Shown here one piece after another: positions 1 to 11,000 of a stretch of DNA of 64,000 nucleotides. Within the stretch, counting starts at the first letter, position 1, and each line of letters opens with the position of its first letter. This stretch comes from Candidatus Latescibacterota bacterium (GTDB lineage: Bacteria > Latescibacterota > UBA2968 > GCA-2709665): positions 4,480,001 through 4,544,000 of the forward strand of contig OZ241917.1 of NCBI GenBank assembly GCA_965203805.1. Direction: 5' to 3'. Position numbers and translations under genes: made by a program. The notes beneath the pieces were generated by a model that saw only the letters and a list, made by a program, of their open reading frames with translations, was not told where the DNA came from and did not search any database.

Positions 1-2
1 CT

Positions 3-2243
3 CTGCTCGAGGCGGAACGCCACCTGGAAAACCGCCAATATGACCGGTTCATCGCATCGGCAAGGGAGGGCTGGGGGCTCGAGGCGCGAGGGTATCCCGA
101 GGTCAAAGAGACGGCCAACGACACGGTCCGGGGCGTCATCTTCTATTTTGTCCTGCTGCTGCCGTTTTCGTTCTTCTGCGAGCGGCTGTTTTTCGGCTTT
201 CCCGACGTTCAGCGGCGGATTATCGGATTCGCCGCGATCCTCGTCGCCATGTTTCTGGCCCTGCGGCTGGTGCATCCCGCGTTTCAGTTGTCCGGGTCTC
301 CATATATCATCTTTCTCGCTTTCGTGATCCTGTGTCTGGGCGGCGTGGCCATGGTGATCGTGGTGTCCAGGTTCGCCGACCAGGTGAGGAAGCTGAAGCA
401 GGTGGCGACGGGCGTGTACGAGGAGGACGTGGGGCGGATTTCCGCCACGATCGTGGCCTTTACGCTGGGGGTTTCGAATCTGCGAAAGCGGCCGATGCGC
501 AGCGGCCTGACGGCAGTTACGCTGACCCTGCTGACCTTTACGGTGCTCTCGTTTACATCGGTCCAGACGTACCTGCGTTTCTACAAGCTGCCGAGGGACA
601 ACCGGCCGCCCTACCAGGGAGCGCTGGTGAGAGACCGGAACTGGAGGGGGTTGCAGCCCTCCGTGCTGACCTATATCCAGAGTCACTTCGGCGGTTTCGC
701 CCGGGTAGCGCCCCGGGCATTTTACATTTCCGAAAAGCGTGGCGAGCGGGCCTACGTCGACTTCGAGGAGGCGGAAAGCGGCCGGCGGAGTTTCGCAAAC
801 GGATTATTGGGTGTAACGCCGCAGGAGCCGGGGGTGCTGGGTCTGGACCGGCTGCTTACGGCCGGACGGTGGTTCCGGGAAGGGGAACGCCACGCGGTCA
901 TCCTCCCGGGTGAACTGGCGGAACTCGTGGGGATCACCGGCGCGGACGTGGAAGCCGGTCGGGCGCGAGTGCGCATGCTGGGGGTGGAGCTTGCCGTCGT
1001 CGGCATTCTGGATTCCCGGGCCGTCGACAGGCTTGCGGATATGGATGACGAACGATTGACGCCCATCGACACCACGATGGAGACCGCGGGGACGAGCGAC
1101 TGGCGCAACCTGAGCCAGGACCCGAGGTTGATGGGAGCGGAGCCGATCGAGGCGTTCATCCACCTTGACACGAGCAATACCGCGCTGCTTCCGTACGAAT
1201 TCGTGATCGAAATCGGGGGTAACCTCCGGTCGATCGCGATCACCGATTTCAGGGACCCGCAGGGCAACCCGAGCCGCGACGTCCGGCGGCAGATCGAGGA
1301 CTTCATGTCCAGGGTCGCGCTGACGATGTTCGTGGGGATCGGCGACGAGGTGACGGTATACAGTTCGATCGGCACCACCTCGCTCTCCGGCATCGCGAAT
1401 CTCTTCATCCCCCTGCTGATCGCCTCGCTCATCGTTCTGAATACGATGATGGGCGCGGTGTACGAGAGATTCCGCGAGATCGGCGTCTACTCGGCGGTAG
1501 GTCTGGCGCCCAGTCATATCTCGGCGCTCTTCCTGGCCGAGGCGGCGGTGTTCGCCACGCTCGGGGCCGCGTTCGGCTACCTGATCGGCCAGGCGGTGGC
1601 CATGTTCCTGTACGAACGCGGGGCGCTGGGCGGGCTGTCGCTGAACTATTCTTCCCTTTCGGCGGTTTCGTCCACCCTGCTGGTGATGCTGGCGGTATTC
1701 CTGTCAACGCTATACCCGGCGAGGAAGGCCGAGCAGATGTCTGTGCCCGATGTCACCCGCCGTTGGCAGTTTCCGCATCCCGACGGAGACGACTGGTCCT
1801 TCGACTTTCCATTCACGCTGGCGGGATCGGAAGCTCTGGGGATGTACACGTATCTCTTCCGGTGTTTCGAGTCGTTCGGCGAGGGTTCCCTGGGCCGGTT
1901 CGTTTCGCGGGACGTGCGTTTCGGGTCCGAGCCGCTACCGGCCGGCACGGGGTATACGATCGCGCTGCGGATGTGGCTTGCGCCCTACGATATGGGGATC
2001 AGCCAGGACGTCCGGATGAATGCGGTCCCCACCGGAGAACACGACATTTACCGTATAGAGGTCCTGATCCATCGCCTGAGCGGAGACGTGAACTCCTGGC
2101 AGCGGGTGAACAGGGGCTTCCTGAACGACCTCCGCAAGCTCTTCCTGGTATGGAAAACCATGCCTCCGGAAACCAGGTCGGACTACGCCAGGCAGGGCGA
2201 GGTCGAATTGAAGACGCCGGCGGGTAAGGCCGTCGTGACCTGA
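3..2243 (+). CDS. Large FtsX-like permease domain membrane protein, 5' truncated by the window edge
   Basis: The frame is open from nt 3 (LLEAERHLENRQYDRF...) into the listed 249..2243 ORF. It has the MacB-like NLRKRPMRSGLT segment and the FtsX signature NTMMGAVYERFREIGVYSAVGL followed by TM helices. Confidence 0.85.
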   Translation: MLEAERHLENRQYDRFIASAREGWGLEARGYPEVKETANDTVRGVIFYFVLLLPFSFFCERLFFGFPDVQRRIIGFAAILVAMFLALRLVHPAFQLSGSPYIIFLAFVILCLGGVAMVIVVSRFADQVRKLKQVATGVYEEDVGRISATIVAFTLGVSNLRKRPMRSGLTAVTLTLLTFTVLSFTSVQTYLRFYKLPRDNRPPYQGALVRDRNWRGLQPSVLTYIQSHFGGFARVAPRAFYISEKRGERAYVDFEEAESGRRSFANGLLGVTPQEPGVLGLDRLLTAGRWFREGERHAVILPGELAELVGITGADVEAGRARVRMLGVELAVVGILDSRAVDRLADMDDERLTPIDTTMETAGTSDWRNLSQDPRLMGAEPIEAFIHLDTSNTALLPYEFVIEIGGNLRSIAITDFRDPQGNPSRDVRRQIEDFMSRVALTMFVGIGDEVTVYSSIGTTSLSGIANLFIPLLIASLIVLNTMMGAVYERFREIGVYSAVGLAPSHISALFLAEAAVFATLGAAFGYLIGQAVAMFLYERGALGGLSLNYSSLSAVSSTLLVMLAVFLSTLYPARKAEQMSVPDVTRRWQFPHPDGDDWSFDFPFTLAGSEALGMYTYLFRCFESFGEGSLGRFVSRDVRFGSEPLPAGTGYTIALRMWLAPYDMGISQDVRMNAVPTGEHDIYRIEVLIHRLSGDVNSWQRVNRGFLNDLRKLFLVWKTMPPETRSDYARQGEVELKTPAGKAVVT

Positions 2244-2326
2244 GCGGCTGAGTGTTCTTTCCCGAAAATGACTCACCAATCGGCGATCTGCATCCAGGAC
2301 AGAACAGCGGTTGAGGAAAATGTGGT

Positions 2327-4294
2327 ATGGCGAGACCTGCCGGGCAGCGCGAAATGGAGGCAGCCGGCAAGAACCCGGAGATGCGCGGGGTTACGGCGCG
2401 CGCCCTGAGCGTCGGCCTCGGCATTGCCGCCCTGCACAATTTCTGGAGCCTGCACTCGCTCTATATCATCCGGGGATCGTGGCTGAACCGTACGCATTTC
2501 CCCATGGGCGTGTTCGTGCCGTTCCTGATCCTCGTCCTGGCAACCCCGGTCCTCCGCCGGTTCGTTCCCAGAATGGCGATGTCCGGGCCCGAACTTCTGG
2601 TGACGCTGTGTGCGGGTCTTGCGGGGGGGATGGTGCCGACGTTCGGTCTCTCCACGACCTGGATCGGCATGCTGGCCATCCCGCACTATCTCGCCACGCC
2701 CGAGAACCAGTGGGGAGAGTACCTCCTGCCCAACGTGCCCGGGTGGATGGTGCCTTCCAACGCGCAGGGGGCCATGAGATGGCTCTTCGAGGGTCTTCCC
2801 CCCGGCGAAGGGGTTCCCTGGGGCGAATGGGCCGCCCCCCTGTTCTGGTGGACGGCGCTGCTGGGCGGGTTGGCGCTGGTTTCCTTCTGTACGGTCGCGG
2901 TCCTGCACCGGCAGTGGTCGGGGCACGAACGGCTGGCCTATCCCATTCCCTCGGTGGCCGGGGACATGGCGGAAGGGGCCGAGGGCAGAGGCGAATGGGC
3001 CGGGTTGTTGCGGAACCGGTTGTTCATCGCCGGATTGTCGGCCGCGCTGGCGATTAAAATCTGGAATCTGGTGCCGGCGTTCGTGCACGGGTTTCCGATG
3101 ATCCGTTTGTTTCACCAGCAGTTGTGGGTGTACTTCACACAGTACTCCATGGTCCACGTGAGCCTGAATTTCTATACGATCGGGTTCGCGTATATGACGG
3201 GTCTGGACCTGCTGCTGAGTATCTGGCTGTTTCATCTCCTTTACATTATGGAGATCGCGGCGTTCGCCCGGATCGGACTGGGCATTGCGGGATTCTCCGG
3301 CGGGGACGTGTCGTGGCAGGGCGGCGGCGCGATGATGTGCTACGTGGGCCTGGCGCTGTGGACGGCCCGGGGGCACCTCGGACGCGTGGTGCGGCGAGCG
3401 CTGGGCCGGGCTGGCGGCGCGGACGACGCCGGGGAGCTGATGCGGTACCGGTGGGCGGTGTGGGGCCTGGTTCTGGGGGTGGCCTTTGTCATCTGCTGGT
3501 TGCGGATGGCCGGTATGGGGGTGCTTCTGGCCACGGCGTTGACGGTGTTGCTGTTCACGAGCTACCTGGGTCTCGCGCGGATTGTGGCGCAGACCGGCCT
3601 GCTCTACGTCAACCTGCCCCAAAGCGGCCAGGGACTTATTCTGGGCACCGTGGGCGCGGCGTCCATTCCGGCGCCCGGTCTCACGGCCATGGCGTTTACC
3701 AATGTCTTCGCCAACGACCACATGGGCCTGTTCATGCCCGCTTTCGCGCAGATTGCGAAATTGGCCGAACGGGTGGAGCGCCACCGAAGGCGGCTGGGAT
3801 GGGTTGTGGCGCTGGGCCTGCTCGTCAGCATTGCGACGTCGGTGGGGCTGACACTCTATTGGGGATACACCGGCGGCGCGTACAATTTCGGCAGTATCGC
3901 GCTCTTCCGGCGGACGGTCCCCAGCGTGAACGGGTACGTGAGCCATATGCGCAGCCCCGATCCCGTTTACGCGGCGCCGTTTGTTCTCTTCGCGGCCGGC
4001 GCGGCGGGGATGGCCCTGCTGGCGTTCCTGCGATACCGGTTCAACTGGTGGCCGGTTCACCCGGCGGGGCTGGCCGTGGGCTATACCGGCATGACGAGGC
4101 ACGCGGCCTTCAGCATCTTCGCTGCCTGGGTCTGCAAGTTTATTGTGATCAAAACCGGCGGCATGCTGCTTTACCGGCGGACCGTGCCGTTCTTTATCGG
4201 GACCATTGTCGGATACGCGTTGTCCGTTCCCCTGGGTTACGTGCTGGACGTGATCTTTTTCCACGGGCAGGGGCACGCCGTACACGCGTATTGA
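2327..4294 (+). CDS. DUF6785/DUF6784-type polytopic membrane protein (putative transporter)
   Basis: About 16 hydrophobic segments; motifs HYLATPENQW, RQWSGHERLAYP and RYRFNWWPVHPAG typical of this family. Confidence 0.8.
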   Translation: MARPAGQREMEAAGKNPEMRGVTARALSVGLGIAALHNFWSLHSLYIIRGSWLNRTHFPMGVFVPFLILVLATPVLRRFVPRMAMSGPELLVTLCAGLAGGMVPTFGLSTTWIGMLAIPHYLATPENQWGEYLLPNVPGWMVPSNAQGAMRWLFEGLPPGEGVPWGEWAAPLFWWTALLGGLALVSFCTVAVLHRQWSGHERLAYPIPSVAGDMAEGAEGRGEWAGLLRNRLFIAGLSAALAIKIWNLVPAFVHGFPMIRLFHQQLWVYFTQYSMVHVSLNFYTIGFAYMTGLDLLLSIWLFHLLYIMEIAAFARIGLGIAGFSGGDVSWQGGGAMMCYVGLALWTARGHLGRVVRRALGRAGGADDAGELMRYRWAVWGLVLGVAFVICWLRMAGMGVLLATALTVLLFTSYLGLARIVAQTGLLYVNLPQSGQGLILGTVGAASIPAPGLTAMAFTNVFANDHMGLFMPAFAQIAKLAERVERHRRRLGWVVALGLLVSIATSVGLTLYWGYTGGAYNFGSIALFRRTVPSVNGYVSHMRSPDPVYAAPFVLFAAGAAGMALLAFLRYRFNWWPVHPAGLAVGYTGMTRHAAFSIFAAWVCKFIVIKTGGMLLYRRTVPFFIGTIVGYALSVPLGYVLDVIFFHGQGHAVHAY

Positions 4295-4339
4295 CGCAAA
4301 TGGCAGGCCAAGGCCGCGCCTGACGGAGGGTATGATCCG

Positions 4340-7300
4340 ATGCGTATTCCACCTGTGTACACGGAACTGAAAGATCTCAATCTCGACACGGAACTGGTCC
4401 GAAACGGTAAACCGAACGTCACGATTGTCGTCCCCGAGGGCGGGGTCTACGCAGGCCCCGCGGAACGGATTCAGGCGGCGATTCACGCGCGGACCGGCGT
4501 GCGCGTGCCCGTTGCAGAGGACACGTCCGCCGAAGGGGCCGTGCCGATTTCAGGGCATGTGATCGTGCTGGGCAACCGGTCCACGAGTCGAACGGTCGAA
4601 TCGCTATACAACCTGTACTATACGCTGCTGGACCTGCGATATCCCGGTCCCGGCGGGTACGAAGTTCGGTCGCTTCACAATCCCTTCGGAAACGGGCGCA
4701 ATGTGATCTTCGCGGGCGGCAGCGACGCGGGCGGCGTGGAAGCGGCGGCGGACGTGCTGGCGGGAAAGGTGTCGGACGCCAACGAAGAAGGTGGCGGGCC
4801 TTCGCTGGGCTGGCTGATGGAGATCGAACTGGGCAGGGGGATCCAGGTTCCCGGGGACCTCCGGGAATTCGAGACGTGGGAGGCCTCGGCGGGATACGGG
4901 TCGGTGGGATATTTCGGGTGGAACAGCATCAGCAAGCGAATGGCCATGTACTACATGACCGGAGACGCCTTTCACGCGCGGGAAGCTCTCCGGCTGGCCT
5001 TTCCCGACGACCGGGCGATGGCGGAGATCACCGAAATCGACGGAGAGCGGATCGAAAACAAGGACGAGCCGCTCAGCGGACCCTATCACTACAACGCGCA
5101 CATGATGATTCTGTATTGGGACCTCATCGAAGAGAGTCCGGTGTTTACGGATGACGAACGCCTGCGGGTTACGAACGCCTTCGCCGCACAGTTCGGCCAC
5201 GCGCAGGACCAGGGTGCGCGCCGGCGAGTCGTGGAGAACGTGCAACGGGGCGCCATGGGATTCGGAGACCCGCCGGAAAGCGTGGGATCGCGGCATGGAC
5301 AGTGGTCCGCGATATCGCTCTACTGCCTTGGACGATACTTTCAGACCTGCTACCCGAGCGCGCTCTGGGAGCAATCCATGGATGCGGCCAGATGGCATTT
5401 CGCGTCGCTGCACCGCCACGCCTGGGTGGACGGGGAACACGACAACCTGTTCTGGTACAATACGGGTATGGCACCTGTTCTGAGCTATATGCTGATCACG
5501 GGCGACCGGAAGCCCATGGAAAACGGCGTGACGGCCACTCTGCTTCGCGGGCAGGAGATCCTCGCATCGGGACGCGAACCCGACTGGGCCCTGAATTCCG
5601 CGTCCATCGGGTTTCTCAACAAGGCCGCCTATCTCACGGGTGACGGCCGTTACCGCGAATATCTGCGACGGACCGGGATGGACATGGACATCTTCCGTCT
5701 GGGGCAGTCCTTCTGGCCCGAAGACGATATCGAGCCCGCGCTGCCGGCGGACCTGGTAAACAGGTGGTCCATCCACCCGATCCCGCAACCGATGTGGCGG
5801 CAACGCGAAAGCGGGTTGCCCCTGGAAGACTCCTTCCTGTTCGGCAGCTTTCGAAGCGCGGCCGATTCGACGGGAGATTTCATCCTGGTGAAGGGGATGA
5901 ACGGCGCGTCCCGAAACGCGTACCATACCTTTGTGGTACTGGAACTGAGGCTGGGTGGAGAGACGCTGCTTGAAGGCTATCTGAACCAGGTGCTGACTCG
6001 ATCGGAAGGGACCGTGGAACCGGTCGTGGCGATGGATTCCGCGCTGAAGTACCGGGACGTGGTCGGGGAGACCGCCGTGATCGTGGCCGAGGTGCCCAGG
6101 GCGGCCTTCTGCGCATGGCGCCGGACGCTGGCGCAGCGCGTCGGGCGGTACGCGCTGTTCGTGGACCACATGACGTTCCGCGAGGACAGCGAGGAACTGG
6201 AGGTGGAGGTGTTGTGGCAGGGCAAGGGCGCGTGGGAGGCGCTGCCGGACCGCGGCGCCGTGCGTATCCGGGACGTGGCGGAGGTCCATGTGTCTGATCC
6301 TTTGGAGGCCGTGGTTGGGGACGGCGAGGCGCGTATGGTCTGGCGGGGACGGGTGGAGAAGGGAGACGAGAGATTCGCCTTCTCGCTGCTGGCAGGGGAT
6401 GGCACGACGTGCGCACGGCTGGACGAAAATGCGGCCGCACTGGCGCTCCCGGAGCCTGCCGTGGCCGCCGCCGGTGAATACGAGGGACTCCAGGGCGACC
6501 TGGTGGTACTGGCCGCAACCCACCTCCACGGGGTCAACGCGACCGGGGCTGCGCTTGGCGCATCCCTGTTCCACGCAAGCGCACCCGTGCAGGTCGACTG
6601 GGACTTTCAGAGCGGCGCGCTGGAAGTGGTTGCGGGTGAGGAGACGGAGATCCGGCTCGCCGTTGCCGATCCGGGTGGCGTGGTGGATGACGAGGGTGTG
6701 GTCATCATAATAATCCCTGAGGGACGGCATTCGGTTTCCGGCGCGGCGCCCGACGCGGCCGCGCTTGCAAGGGTGACGGCGCGGCTCGAGCGCCTTCTGG
6801 AGCAGGGCCGGGATGCCAGACGGCAAGCCGCGGCCGCGCCATCGCCCGTTCTTCCGGATGTTCCGTCCCTGCCGTCGCCTTTCGCAACGCGCGTGGGTGG
6901 CGCCGTGGTGGACATGGTCGCGGTTGATTCGGGCGGACAAACGCTGATCTGCGCGGCCGAAGACGGGAATGTCCACGTGTTGTCACAGGACGGAGAAGAA
7001 CTCCGGATCCTGCCGACGGACGGTCCCATCCGTCTCCTCCACTGGTGGGGGGAACACAATCTGCTCCTGGCGGGATGCGCGGACGAAAAAGTCATCGCGT
7101 TCGATCCGGATACGGGCGTTCGGAAATGGGCATTCACGTCGGAGGAAGACCCGGCCGTGTTCCGGGCCGCGAAGCCGTACTGGTTCAAGACCGCGCCGGG
7201 GCACGCGGGCGTCCACGGACTCCATTCCGGCGTTTTTCTGGATGGGAAGAGCCAGGCTTTCGTGGGCAGCGCCTGCACGCTCGAGATATTGGATCAGGGC

Positions 7301-8026
7301 GGCAATCTCGTGAAACGGGTTCCGGTATTCTGGGGCCCGGGCTCCCGGTTCGCCCTGATCGACGGCCCGGAAGGAGGCATCGATCTGCTGATCGCGAGGC
7401 AGCCCACGGACTCGCACGCGATGGCGGTTGTGAACAACCGCGAGTTGGATCCGAAGCAGCGCAGCTTCCGGGACGTGCCCGAGGGCCACACGAATATCGG
7501 CGGGTGGGCCTGTATGAGCCGCAAGCACATTTTCTACGAGGACCTGGACGGAGACGGCAGGAAGGAAGTGGTGAGCGAGATCAACGGGACCTGGAACCGG
7601 GTGACGGTGTGGGCGGCGGACGGTCAGGCGCTACACAACGTCCACCTGGGCCCGGGGGAGCGCATTCCCACGGACAATGTGCGGGACTTCGACGTTGTCG
7701 ATCTGGACGGCGACGGGAGGCGGGAACTGCTCGCGGCGCTTTCGGGCGGGCTCGTACTCGCCCTGAATCACCGGTGCGAGAGAATCTGGTCGAGGCGGCT
7801 GCCTTCTCCGCCTGCGGTCATGGCGGCGGTCGAGGCCGGTGTTGGCGCCAGGGTCGTGGCCGGCTGTGAAGACGGTGCGCTGGTTGTCCTGGACGGCGCT
7901 GGAGAGGTCGTCCAATCGGGCAGGACGAACGGGAGGCCGACCTGCATACAGAAGGTGAACGGAACCGTTGTATTGGCGACGGATCAGGGGGAGATCAGCC
8001 GTTGGCGGGTGGATGACCGCCGGTGA
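4340..8026 (+). CDS. Large heparinase II/III-like protein with C-terminal FG-GAP/PQQ-type beta-propeller (paralog 1)
   Basis: GGAGG RBS; N-terminal YPGPGGYEVRSLHNPFGNG, central WDLIEESPVFTD, C-terminal DLDGDG repeats; shared architecture with 8052 and 28769. Confidence 0.7.
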   Translation: MRIPPVYTELKDLNLDTELVRNGKPNVTIVVPEGGVYAGPAERIQAAIHARTGVRVPVAEDTSAEGAVPISGHVIVLGNRSTSRTVESLYNLYYTLLDLRYPGPGGYEVRSLHNPFGNGRNVIFAGGSDAGGVEAAADVLAGKVSDANEEGGGPSLGWLMEIELGRGIQVPGDLREFETWEASAGYGSVGYFGWNSISKRMAMYYMTGDAFHAREALRLAFPDDRAMAEITEIDGERIENKDEPLSGPYHYNAHMMILYWDLIEESPVFTDDERLRVTNAFAAQFGHAQDQGARRRVVENVQRGAMGFGDPPESVGSRHGQWSAISLYCLGRYFQTCYPSALWEQSMDAARWHFASLHRHAWVDGEHDNLFWYNTGMAPVLSYMLITGDRKPMENGVTATLLRGQEILASGREPDWALNSASIGFLNKAAYLTGDGRYREYLRRTGMDMDIFRLGQSFWPEDDIEPALPADLVNRWSIHPIPQPMWRQRESGLPLEDSFLFGSFRSAADSTGDFILVKGMNGASRNAYHTFVVLELRLGGETLLEGYLNQVLTRSEGTVEPVVAMDSALKYRDVVGETAVIVAEVPRAAFCAWRRTLAQRVGRYALFVDHMTFREDSEELEVEVLWQGKGAWEALPDRGAVRIRDVAEVHVSDPLEAVVGDGEARMVWRGRVEKGDERFAFSLLAGDGTTCARLDENAAALALPEPAVAAAGEYEGLQGDLVVLAATHLHGVNATGAALGASLFHASAPVQVDWDFQSGALEVVAGEETEIRLAVADPGGVVDDEGVVIIIIPEGRHSVSGAAPDAAALARVTARLERLLEQGRDARRQAAAAPSPVLPDVPSLPSPFATRVGGAVVDMVAVDSGGQTLICAAEDGNVHVLSQDGEELRILPTDGPIRLLHWWGEHNLLLAGCADEKVIAFDPDTGVRKWAFTSEEDPAVFRAAKPYWFKTAPGHAGVHGLHSGVFLDGKSQAFVGSACTLEILDQGGNLVKRVPVFWGPGSRFALIDGPEGGIDLLIARQPTDSHAMAVVNNRELDPKQRSFRDVPEGHTNIGGWACMSRKHIFYEDLDGDGRKEVVSEINGTWNRVTVWAADGQALHNVHLGPGERIPTDNVRDFDVVDLDGDGRRELLAALSGGLVLALNHRCERIWSRRLPSPPAVMAAVEAGVGARVVAGCEDGALVVLDGAGEVVQSGRTNGRPTCIQKVNGTVVLATDQGEISRWRVDDRR

Positions 8027-8051
8027 TCTTGAAGCCGCGACGGAGGAAGAA

Positions 8052-11000
8052 ATGGACACGGATAACGGGCCGGCCGGACTGAAAATCGACACGTTGAAGC
8101 CGATGCACGTGAAGACGGTGCTGGCGGCGGACGGCGATGCCAACGCGAAGATCGTCATCGGGGATCATCCCGCGCACGAACGGCAGGCGGAGCGAATCGC
8201 CGAAAGAATCGAGGCGGCCACGGGCGCCCGTCTGCCCGTGGTGGGCGCCGGCGACGTGTCGGCTTCGAGAGGGCGGCTCGATTCGCACGTGGTCGCGCTG
8301 GGGAATATGGCCGACAACCCCTTCATACGCTGGCTGTATTACCAGTGGTGGGCCATCGAAGACCTCTGTTATCCCGGTGAGGGGGGCTACGCGCTCCGGA
8401 CGCTGCACAACCTGCTGGGAAACGGGAAGAACGTGGTCCTTCTGGGCGCCAGTGACGAGGACGGGCTGGACCTTGCGGCGTCCCGGTTTCTTTCCGGGGT
8501 CGATAACGGCGAGACGCTGCGTCTGGGGTGGCTGATGGACGTCGTACCGGGTCCGGCCTTCGAATCGCTCAAACCTCCGGCGGACGGGTGGCTCGACGAG
8601 CGGCGGGAGGACTATATCCGGCAGGTCAGCCAGCCGCATGCCTCCCAGGCCGGCGCCGGCCACGGGATGGTCACGGAGGCGGGAAGGCAGGGCTTCGCGT
8701 ATCATCGGACGGGGTACGAGGTCTATGCGAAGGCGCTCCGGGAGGCGGTGGATGCGCATCTGAAGATGGGGGAACACGGGGTAATGGCCCATTTCAACGT
8801 GTGGTGGCTGGCGGTGATCTGGGACCTGATCGAGGAGAGTCCGGTGTTTACGGACGCGGACCGCCTTCGGATCACGCGTTATCTGCTGTGGTTGATGGAT
8901 TCGCACGAAGGCGCGTATAACCGGTTCTTCCGTGAGGGCGTGGGTCACCGGATGGTGCGTCAGAACCACCAGACGCTGGTGGGCCTGTCGTCGTGGTTCG
9001 CGGGGCGGTACTTCGCCACGCACTACGGGATGCCCGAAGCGGAGGAGTGGCAGGCGGCGTCGGCGGACCTGTTCAAGGGTCAGGCGGCGTCGTTCAAGCC
9101 GACCGAGGACGCGAACGCCTATCAGTGGACGACGCTGGACCATCTCCTGACCTATACGCTGGCCAGCGGGGACGAAACGTACGTGGAAAACGGAAACTGC
9201 CGGCGGTCGCTGGACCAGGCCGTGTTGTACTGCAACAACCGGGGCGCCATGCCGCCGTTCGGAGACTCGGGGGGATGCCAGGTGCCGCCGCCCGCGAGTT
9301 TCCTGGTGAAAGCGGGGCACGTGCTGGGCGACGGACGCGCGGAGTTTCTGATTCGCACGCGGTCGGACCGGGTTTCGCTGATCCACGGATTCGAGAAATA
9401 TTTCGGCGACGGCCTGGCCCCGGAAACGCCCTCGGACATGGCCGGCGTGCGGGTGCTGGAGGTCGCGAAGGGGTATTACGATTTCGCCGCCGACCCGAAA
9501 GCGCGCCCGTCGGAGGTGAAGCCGCTGAATCTGCCCCGCGAAGAGGCGTTCGACACCCTGTGTTTCCGCGAGGGATTCGACCGTGACGATCAATACCTGA
9601 TGCTGCACGGGATTTCCTATGGGAACCACGGGCACGACGACGGAAACACCATCGTGGAGTTCTCGGCGAACGACCGTGTGTTCCTGGTGGATGCCTCTTA
9701 TACGGAGGGGCCCACCCTGAAACACCACAACGGATGCACGGCGGTGCGAAACGGAGAGCCGTGGGAGGTGCCCGCGCTGTGCCGGCTGGAGGGCCTGGCG
9801 GACCTGGACCGCGTGGGAATCAGCCGGTCGTCAATGGAGGGAGAATGGGGCGCGAGTTGGACGCGGAACGTGGTCTGGCGCAAGGGGCGTTTCTTCGTGA
9901 TTATCGACGAAATCGAAGCAACGAAGGCCGGGACGTTCGCGCTTGAGTGCAACTGGCGCACGCTGGGGACGCCGTCGTTGGACGGGGACCGGCTGGAGGC
10001 CGCGCAACGGGACCCGGACAGCGGGCGGGAGGACCGGTTCCTGTTGGAAGGCGTTGGCGGCGACCGGGTGACGATGGAACGGGACTGGGAGGCCTTCGGG
10101 CACTGGTGGAAGGACTATCCGTATTCGGACGATTTCGTGAATATCCTTCGGCAGTCCGTCAGTCGCGAGATGGCGGCGGGCGACCGGCATACGTTCATCA
10201 ATCTTTTTTACGCGACGAATGACGCGAAACCGCTGGACGTCCGGATGCGGCGCGTCGGGGAGACCGCGGTCCTGATCGAGGGGTCGGAAGGGCGGATGCT
10301 GGTCGGGACGGGAGGACCGGACGGCGCGTTTGCGGTGGGGCCGGTTTCGGGAGAAGCCGACGTCTACGTGATTGGCGAGGGCTGGTTCGCCCTGTGCGGA
10401 GGACGGCGGTTGCTGGGCGGGGAAACAACGCTTTATGAAAGCGACGGTCCGGCATCGATCGAGCTCGATCTGGTGTCCGGCGCCGGCGTGTCGGATACCG
10501 CGGAAAGCGTAAGCGCGACGCTGTGCTGTCAGCGACGAGCGCTTGCCGTGGGGAAACACCGTCTGAGCGTGCCGACCGTGGACGTCGATACCCCTCTCGA
10601 TGGGATATGGGACGTTCCCGATTGGGAATCCGGCGCCGGGCGGCGTGTGCGCCGGGCTTCAGACGCGGGTTTTCACAGCGTCTGGTCGCACGACTTCGGA
10701 TCCGCTGTCCGATGCACAGCGCCACGGGGCAGCGGCGCCGTAGTGGGTACACAGGACGGACGTGTGATCGCATTGGGCGAGGACGGGGAGCCGAAATGGA
10801 CGTACCATGCCGGGGACGCGGTGCTGTCGGTGTGCGCGGCGGGGCGAGACGGCGACGAGAGCGCTCCGGTGGCGGTTGGGGCGAACGACCGGCGCCTCAC
10901 CTTCCTCGAGGGCGACGGCGTCGAACGATGGTCCAACACGTTCGAGATCTTCCGCGGCGGATGGGCCTGGTATACCCGGAATTCCTCCGTCGAAGTGGTC